DNA of 64,000 nt from Lingula anatina. Lineage: Eukaryota > Animalia > Brachiopoda. Made by a program: the position numbers and the translations under genes. Below, in pieces: positions 51,321 through 60,817 of this stretch. Under the pieces are notes generated by a model. The model saw nothing but the letters and a program-made list of their open reading frames with translations. It was not told where the DNA came from and ran no database searches. Position 1 is the stretch's first letter. Each line of letters starts with the position of its first letter. The DNA lies in NCBI GenBank assembly GCA_051362555.1, contig CM120642.1:5394001-5458000 (forward strand), written 5' to 3'.

Positions 51321-54300
51321 TTAATGAGAGAACGCTGTGAGGTTTAACTCTCGTCTCAGTAATGCACCACTCAAATATCATTTTCCCAATTTGTACAAAA
51401 AAATATAAAAATATTCCACCGTAGGTTTACTTGTGTTATTTATTTACTTATTTATATATGTAGGCCTATATAGCCAATCTAAACTTAACATTTCTTAACA
51501 GACTATATAACATTACAAACATAGGCCTACAACCTATGAATTGACTTTTATACTGCAGCAACCTGGGCTAGTAAAGGAAAGTGTTTCTATATCAGAGACG
51601 GCAACATACAGACGGATTCGCATGGCATTGGATACATAAGTAAGTTTTAGCAGTCTAGTAGGCCTAGGCCCTGGTGACTTGTTATAGTGCCTTTTCGTTA
51701 TGCCCCTATTTCACACAGACCACGAATCCCACGAATCGCCAGGAATTGACAAATTTCAGGATTCGTGAGATTTTGTCCGTTTTCTGGTCTAATTCGAGAC
51801 GCTCTACGATTCAACCAGTTACGATACAGGTGCGATAGTGGTACGAATATTCGTGGGATTCGGCTGGAATCGCACGAATATTGTCCAGATATTCGCTACG
51901 ATTTTTTGGAATCGGGAGTTCGTGGCCAAAATTTTGAACAGCTCAAAATTTTTGGCACGAATTCCCGATTGATCTAGAATTGAAAGAACTGACTACGATT
52001 ATATAGGCCTACGAATCTGTTAAGAACTTCACGAACTGATTACGATTTAACCACGAATCCTGAAATTTGTCAATTCATGGCCATTCGTGGGATTCGTGGT
52101 CTGGGTGAAATAGGGGCTTTAGGGACAAGGGGGAATGGCAGAGGGTGGGGGGTCTCCTGAGGGGGGGGGCGAGCACGTGACCTGCTGTGCCCCCCGCCAC
52201 GACAAACTGCAGAACAAAAATTGGGCTCTGAGAGATTGAACTCATGTCCAACTCTGGATTATATAGTGTCTCAATGACTCATTATACAGTATGCACGATG
52301 GTATATAAATGGTATGTTACTGTAGGTTTTGAAATTCTCTACATAAATGCTGCGTGCATGCAGTATAGTGCATCTTCCATGAAAACCGCCTACGAAGTTC
52401 TGTAAACAACATGGCTACTGAATGAAAGGATGCGGATGTTTCTTTTAGCCAAGGGGGAAGATGAAGTAGATCTGCTTCGATCCTTGATTGTAGACAGTGT
52501 AGATATATGGTGTAATTTCCAAAGACCTCTGAAATGTGGGTTGAGATATCAGCTCACTCTGATATAGTACCGTACGAATGTCACTACTGAAATATATATT
52601 GTTTGATGATTTTCAGGGGGATCCAAGGTTGTGAATGACGGGAAATGGCACATGGCCGCCTGGCAGTTCACTGCATCCAGCAACTCGTGAGTTGGGACCT
52701 CTCCGCCATCTTCAAAATGCCTCGATCCTGCACTAATATAAAGTGATGATTTAGAACTAATGTGCAAGAAATTTACTGACTTTTTACGATTTCGCAAAAT
52801 ATGTTCAGTGACACCTGTTATATTAAAACTACTTTGGCCTATATATATGTTTTAAGATATAAATGTCCAGGACCTGTTATAAGAAAAGTGAACCATTTTC
52901 AATGGTAAACTTGAATTCATAGGATTGCTTTAAACAGAAAGCCTGAATGTGCATCAACCAGTAATGAAACTAAATTTTTCATGAAATAAGTGGTACTTGA
53001 AAATCTGTTACAGGTACAGACTAACAGTTGATGGAGTTCAGGACACAACGGGCACTTTGGCATTGGCGACTGACGACGGCAACCATGTGATGCGTATTGG
53101 CAACTGTGCCGATAACTTTGTAGGAAAATTCACCGGTCACCTACACACTGTAATGTATTACGATTACCGCATTGGCAATACAGACTTGGAGTATGTCTAC
53201 AGAAATAGCCTTAGTGAGTATTTTATGCAACTAATCTATAATATGAGATTTCCCACACAGGTTTTTCTGCACTCCTTTTGAAGTACACTTTTTTGTTATA
53301 TTGCAAACAAAACCTTTGCAGCGCCATTTCTTACCAAAGCGAATATATAACTAAGGTGATTTCTGGTGGATCAGTTGTATAATCTGGTGAAATTTAAAAG
53401 GTTAAGATTCTGAATTTATATGCATGCAAAAGAGAAAAAAGAAATTCCACGCACCTTGTACATGTGAGTGTCTGTAAATGATGATTGAAAATTTCATTAA
53501 ATTAAAAAAAAAATCTAAATAGAAAAAACATTTTTTTTCATTATTATTATTTCAGATTCCCGAGAATATATTTGGATTGAAGAAACCTATTTTGGTGGAG
53601 ATGGACAGTATTACAAGAACTCCACTGAGGCATGGACTGCTGTGCCAAATTGGTCACGGAAATTTAACAATTTTGGCAAATTTGATTTTTCTTTGTCTGT
53701 TTGGGTGCGAACAACTCATACTGGAAGCATTTTGAGAAGAACAGAGAGTTCAGGTAGCTTTTTGCGTATTCAAAATCATGTCACATATAAGTATCTTGCT
53801 ATCTCAAAACTTTCTTTCTGCTTAATTGAGATAATTAGAAAGTATTAAGATTTTCTAATAGTCTGTGCCCATATATTTTAGCCTGTGGTACTGGCCATAT
53901 GAGCCCCCAGGGCCCAGTTTCACAAAAGTACTATAGCCCAAAAGTGGTCCAATCTTTTAGACCAAAAATTCTGCCTATTCAGTTTAAGATAAATCAATAG
54001 TTGTCTATTCAAAAAATTATGTCAATTCCCTGAACAATAGCAATGCATTTCCTGTTATTGATATTTATTTAAAATGTCCAAAATAATATTTCATTTAATT
54101 GGACTTACTGATTTACCTTGGGTCAAAGTCCATTCAAATTTCACTACCCCCTGACATAAATAAGCAACAACTCTTGAAACTGGTTTTCTAGCTCATTATT
54201 ATTATCATTTACTTAACCAGAGTGTTAAAAGTATATATATATACCAGTCAATGCCTCAAATAGATAATTCAGAAGAATTCCTGGGAAAGGGGATACTGTC

Positions 54301-57300
54301 TGGGCAGGGGATTGTCTTGGAATTGATTTGTCCTAGGGGGAATTGTCCAGGGAGAATTGTCCTAGAATCAAAAAGAGTGAACTTAAAGAGTGAACTTAAA
54401 GAGTGAACTTTTTTTTAGACAATTTTAATTACAGGTGGCACTGCTTCAATTTTTCTTGCTTTTATTATGGGGCCAGTGTTAATGTGACCGACCACATGTT
54501 TATAATTATGTTTAATGTGCAAAGATATATTTGAAATATAAATAGATTTAAATATTAGTTAAACATTAATTTTCAGGCACATGGGTGTCGCATGGAAAAG
54601 TATTATACATCAACTCAGCTGGAAAAGCTATGTTTGATGCCTATAGTGTAGGAAATGTTGGTAAGTGAAGAAGAATAGCTAGATTATTTTATTCAAAACT
54701 CCAGCAAAGAAAGGAGCCAATGCTGTGTTTTCATCAGCAAAATTTCTTTTCATAGGTCTTATAAGTGGATTAGACATTTAGATTTGTTAGCATGAATGCC
54801 CAAATTAACGACTTGAGCCACAAATTACGTACTGGAACAATTTTAGTCAGTTTGTCCTTTTAATTATGTGGTGGGAGGTGAGTGGGAGTCATTAAATCAG
54901 TTTTTATATAGAGTGATATCTTTTAATAAACAGGGCTGAGTCAATGAAAACCTATGTCTAAAATTTTCAACTTGAGATATTTTAGCATAATTTATAAATG
55001 TTAAAATACAAAAAAGACTCAAACTGGCTGTAATATTCTTCTTCTTCTATGTTTAATTATTAACTCAGCTGTTTTAATTCCTTGGTTTTTTTATTCTTCG
55101 AAATCCAGTGTCAACCAGCGTTGTCAATGACGACCAGTGGCATTTCATTGTGTTTACCCAGGAGATGCAGACCACAGCCACGTAAGAACACCTTATTTTT
55201 ATGTACTTACATAAGAATATAACATTATCAAATGATAATAAAACTGAAGATTAATGATGTGAAATTCTCAACAACAGACTGTCTACCTTCTGAAGCAAAT
55301 GAAAGCTGTGTACAATACAGCTCCAACAGTGTCAAGTCGTAGTGCAGTTAAAAAGGTACATTAACTTACAGGAAGTAAAACCAAGGCTGTGTTCAATGCA
55401 GTTTCAAAATCATTAATTGTGTATTACAACAGGAAGTAAAATCTTCCACGCACATCCTTCCTGTATATAGCTCTGTACGTCAATCCTCTTCCATCCAACT
55501 GCCCTTTGTTAAGTTTTCTGAACCTCCACTTTAATCGGACAATACAGAAGTATGCTGTCAATGAAATACGTACTGGTAATTATAAAATTCACATACACTT
55601 TTAGTGTATTAAGTGTTAGTTATAGATTCAACATGTTTCAGAAGCAAAAATGGATCAGCTTTATTTTTATTTTTGGTGTTTTGAGAATAAAGATGCTGGC
55701 AGTGTATACATGTAGATCTGCCATGAGGATCTTAAAAAGATGTTTGGGAGGATGTTAGAAAATATTTTTAATTACTAATTAGCTTTGGGTGGCTAAAAAT
55801 GTTAGCTTAGTGTGTGAGAGGGTGGCTGCCTCCTAGTGTGGTCTGTGACATTAACTTATATCCAATTTTTATGTACAGACACAGATGTGTCTGTACATAT
55901 AGCCGTCATCTGCGTCTGTCGTCGCCGTCGTTGCCGTCGTCGCCGTCGTTGCCGTCGTCGCCGTCGCCGTGCACTTTTACCGATAACACGATAAGTGGAA
56001 AACTGTTTTTTCTTTTTGTTTGAAACTTACAGAACTGATGAATATTTATAATACGCAGGTCGAGTTCGAAAATCAGCATGATCGGGTCACTTATAGGGAA
56101 TTTATGCTGTTTTTTCACTTTTTTCAGCATATATGCAGCACCGATAACACGATAAGTGGAAAACCATTTTACCTTTTGGCTTGAAACTTACAGAACTGAT
56201 GAATATACATAATACGCAGGTCAAGTTCGAAAATCAGCATGATTGGGTCATTTTTAGTGAATTTAGGCTATTTTTTCTCTTTTTTCAGCATATATGCAGC
56301 ACCGATAACACGATAAGTGGAAAACCATTTTACCTTTTGGCTTGAAACTTACAGAACTGATGAATATTCATAATACGCAGGTCAAGTTCGAAAATCAGCA
56401 CGATCGGGTCACTTATAAGGAATTTATGCTGTTTTTTCACTTTTTTCAGTATATATATATGCAACACTGATAACACAATATAAGAAAAACAGATTGGCCA
56501 ATTGTCATTATACTCACAGGAGGGGCCAATCTTACTAAAACACAGGTTGAGTTTGAAAATCAGCATAATCAGTCCATTATTTTAGAAGTTATGCTGTTTT
56601 TTCACATTTCCTCACATTCAATTCTTAGGCATGTTAACAGTCTCATTATTGAACTAATAAGATACGTAAAAGTGTTTGTTTGACATTTCCTACATCTTTA
56701 CAACATTGTTAGTTGATTTTGTAAAAATGATGGTAAACTTGTTATCATGTATTGTGTAATAAAGTGTCAAAAATGGAAATAAACTCATATCATTACAGTT
56801 GGTCAGATGCATTCATCCACTATGTTCAGAATCTCAGAATGGAGGAAGTTGGACATTTAACACTGTTCTATTGATACTTTTCCCATTTCATCAATTTTCT
56901 TCATTGGTCATATAAAAATGGCAGTAAACTGTTTATTTTGTTTTATGTTAAAAAAGTGTTAAAAATGGAAATAAACCCATTTCAGAACAGTGCTGTCTTG
57001 TTTACATTTTGGCATTTTCAATATGTGATTTTGAAGTTCCATGGGCCTGAAGACTTTTGCTAGTTACATTTTCTGAATAACCATGATGCTAATATTTTAT
57101 AATTAAAAATTGATGGTCATTATGCTGTAAAACATTATGTAATATTGCATCAAAATTTGAAGAAACCCCTATTTTGGGCACTGCTCCCATGATGACCATT
57201 TAAGGAAAATCATGTCACTTACTGTTCTCAAACTTACAGGAAAGAAACATGGGACTAAAATACAGCTTCAGTAGGCAATGCAGTCTGTTTGGTAAATTTT

Positions 57301-58428
57301 TCTGGCAATTAAACAGTTTTTTGTGAAAATTTAATTTTTCACATATTGGCATTTCCAAGGTGTGACTTCGAACCTCCACGGGCTTGAAGACCCATGCTAG
57401 TCACATTTTGTGAAAATCCATGACACTTATATTTTATTATTAAAAATCGGTGATCATTATGCTGTTAAGCATTATGTAATGTTGCATCAAAATAGAAGAA
57501 AACAATTTTTGGTGCTGCTGCCTTGATGACCATTATGGGAAAACCGTGTTACTTATGACTGTCAAACTTTCAAAAAAGAAACACAGGACTAAAATGCAGC
57601 CTGAGTTAGAAAAGCAGTCTAATTGGCTTCTTTTTCTGGAAATTATACATTTTAGTGTAATATTCATTATCTTTTTGGCATATTCATTGTGGGACTCGGA
57701 GCTCCCATGGACATGAAGCCTAATGATAATCCTATTTTCTACATGTCCATCCTATTTATAGTCAATAAACAAAAATTGGTGATAATTATTCTCTAATTTA
57801 TTATGTAGTGTTACATCAAAATTGACAACAATCTTTTTGCACTGCTACTGCAAACATTATGAAAAGAAAACTGTGCTACTTATTATGATTTTAAACTTAC
57901 AAGTACGATTTTTAGGATTGGCCTTCAGCTCATGAGAAAACCAGATCTATTGGATTATCATGTTTATTGTATTTATGCATTTTTTGTGAAATTTTCATTT
58001 TTCTCATTCTGGCACTTTCTAAGTATAAACTTGAACTCTGATGGGCCTGGAGCCTTATGCTTTTACTTTCGTCTGTGTTACCTGTTGTGCATAAGTTGAT
58101 GTTGACTGTGCAGTTAACCATAATGTATTATTGCATCAGGATTGGTAGTCTCCTATTTTGGGCATTATGGTTTTGTGCTTTTCTTAAGGTGTGACTTATG
58201 GGCCTGAAGACCTTTGAGTGGGTCAGTCTGTTAATTACCCTTGGGTATCAGTAGATCAATTTCAGAGTTATAAAGTCATTTGCTTTAATAGGCCATTAAA
58301 TGAGATTATGTAAAGCACACTTATTGATATTTCCCTGTAAACTCCCAAAGGTAAAGCCCTCTGCTAGATTAATAATAAGGAAGCAGTGATAATTATGCAG
58401 GTAAATTTTGTTTAATATTGCAAATAAG

Positions 58429-58485
<57 letters not shown>

Positions 58486-60779
58486 TGGAAGATTAAAAGT
58501 TTGAATAGCATCTTCATTGGAATTATATTTACCTCAAGCTCTGCCAAGGGGGTTATATTTTCACCCCTGTTTGTCTGTCATCCACATAACACAAAAAGTT
58601 ATGGACCAATTTTGTAGAAATTTTCAGGAACTGTCGGAAGTGGGCCAAAGAGGACAATGATTAATTTTTGGTGGTGGTCCGGATCAATAATCAATCAATT
58701 ATCAATAATAATCAACAATTGCTGCCTTGGCAGAGGTCTGCACTCTCAAAGTGCTTTTCTAGTTTTGTTGTTTTCCTTTATAATTTTTTCTCAAACACTT
58801 GCATTTGTGACTTTTAACTCTCTTCTGCCTGGGGCTCTGCATATTTTCTGTATTTCTACAAAAGCAGTTGTATTGTTTTTTATATCTTTAAACATTATGT
58901 AATATTATTTTATGCACTGTCATCATTTTTCAAATATTGAGACTTTCATAATGTGAATTTGAACTCTCATGGTCCTGAAACTGTAATCATATTGAAGGGG
59001 TGGATTGAGACCATCTTCTGGGTCTTCCGGAAGGCAGTCAGGTTATTAAGTTTATATTGACTGGTATCTATTTTTTCTGTTGGAAGACCATCAAAATGGA
59101 GGATGGATCAACATAGATACTTTGTAATACTGTCAGAAAATATCTCTGGGTCTGCTCCTGTTATTGACCATGTTACCTGTTGTGCAAGATTAAAATTCAG
59201 TGTTGACTGAGAGTGCTATTATAAGCATTATTTATTATTGCATCAAAATTGACAAAATGACCTTTTTTGCATCTTTATTTTCTGTTTTTTGTCTGTACAT
59301 TTGACAGCTTTGCTGCCTTGTTATATCTTTATTTTCTGTTTTTTGTCTGTACATTTGACAGCTTTGCTGCCTTGTTATAGGTGGAGGATATATGTTGATG
59401 GAGTTTTGGAGGCTTCACAGCAATCCATGGCCATGACTGAGGACTTGGGTGACCATGTCATCTTTATTGCCAACACCTTTCAAGGATATCTCAAGGAACT
59501 ATTTTATTACAACTACAAGATATCTGATGAAGAAATCCTGTCTCGATACAATGGGTTTCAAGGTATATTCAAATATTGCATTGTGTATGTTTTGGAGGGT
59601 GGGGGTGTTCCATCTTGTCCTTTTGCTGAAATTAATTCACCAACCAAAGTTGAAGGTTTATTCAATCTGGAAGAAAATGTGGAGATATGTAAACAATAAA
59701 ACTGCAGATTAATCATGTAATAATTACTTTTTTATTTGATTTTTGCCATTTATTTAATTGAGCCTACCCCCTGATTTTAATTTATTTGCTTTAGAAGTGC
59801 CACTCTTGTGTTTTAGATGATACCTACTTGAACTTCTGTTCCATGTTTTAGATGACACCCAGTGTCCCACTGGTTGGCACCCATTCCAAGGCAGCTGCTA
59901 CTACTTTGAAGAAGCAAACTCCATTGGTTATGATGGCATCCAGGCCAAAGATTTCTGTCATAGTCTGGGGGCAAAGCGTGCCAGCATCAGCAGTCAGTTG
60001 GAGCAAGACTTCCTTTACCATGTGCTGCAGGTAGCTAAGACAGTCATCATGAGCAGTAATCCTTTTGGCTACCATAAAGTGTTGCACTATGAGCATTGTA
60101 GACTTTATACAACAAGACAAAAAAAAAAGAAAGAAAGTAAAAGATGAATTTCCAGGAAATTTTAATAGTTTCAGTTATCACCAAGTTATACATCCCATGG
60201 AAAAAAATACAGATGGAATCTTTAATCTTATATTTTGGAGTACTTATTTCAATTGATGTTTTATCTATTATGAGTAAAATTATATATTTTCTTTTTAATT
60301 TTAAGCATTTTCATGGTTCTAATTTCAGAAAATGAATTACACAGGACGTGATTGGTGGTTGGGACTTCAACAGGAAGATAGCAGCGTGAATGAGTACAAC
60401 TTCTGGGACGATGGCTCGCGCGTGTTGTGGAGTCTTTGGGACAGTAGGGATCCAGACTCCAGTGCAAAAGACTGTGTGCGTTGCTTACAGGATCGTGCCA
60501 TGGAGTGGAACGACCGATGGTGTGTTTATGGTGATTTGTGGAATGTTGTTTGTGAAAAACCTGAAGGTAAGAATACAATTACAGTGTATGTTTCCCTTTG
60601 GCTTTTATTGACATAACAAACAAATGTTGACTGAATAAATTAAGGAAAAAAGGCATGCATAAAAATCAGTCAGTGACTAATGAATGAAAGGTTTTAAGTT
60701 AAATTAATACATGATGAAAGGTGAGGGCTTGCACTTCATTTTGTGTATTACTTTATAATTGTATGTTTTAAGATTTACA

Positions 60780-60817
<38 letters not shown>

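Larger units (their letters stand above)
55866..59376 (+). mobile_element. Second family of Helentron-type non-autonomous element (~3.5 kb, composite)
   Basis: 5' hairpin tatgtacagacaca-ga-tgtgtctgtacata, (GTC/GCC)n microsatellite, 161-bp tandem units, degenerate ~335-bp units, 3' inverted subTIR tgtctgtacat, stem-loop cagc-ttt-gctg, terminal cttgtt; 5' end repeated at 63918. Confidence 0.7.

Noticed and set aside
52122-52200. G-rich tract with G-quadruplex potential (also 41690-41760)
   Set aside because: Looks like a decayed repeat fragment; no evidence of function.
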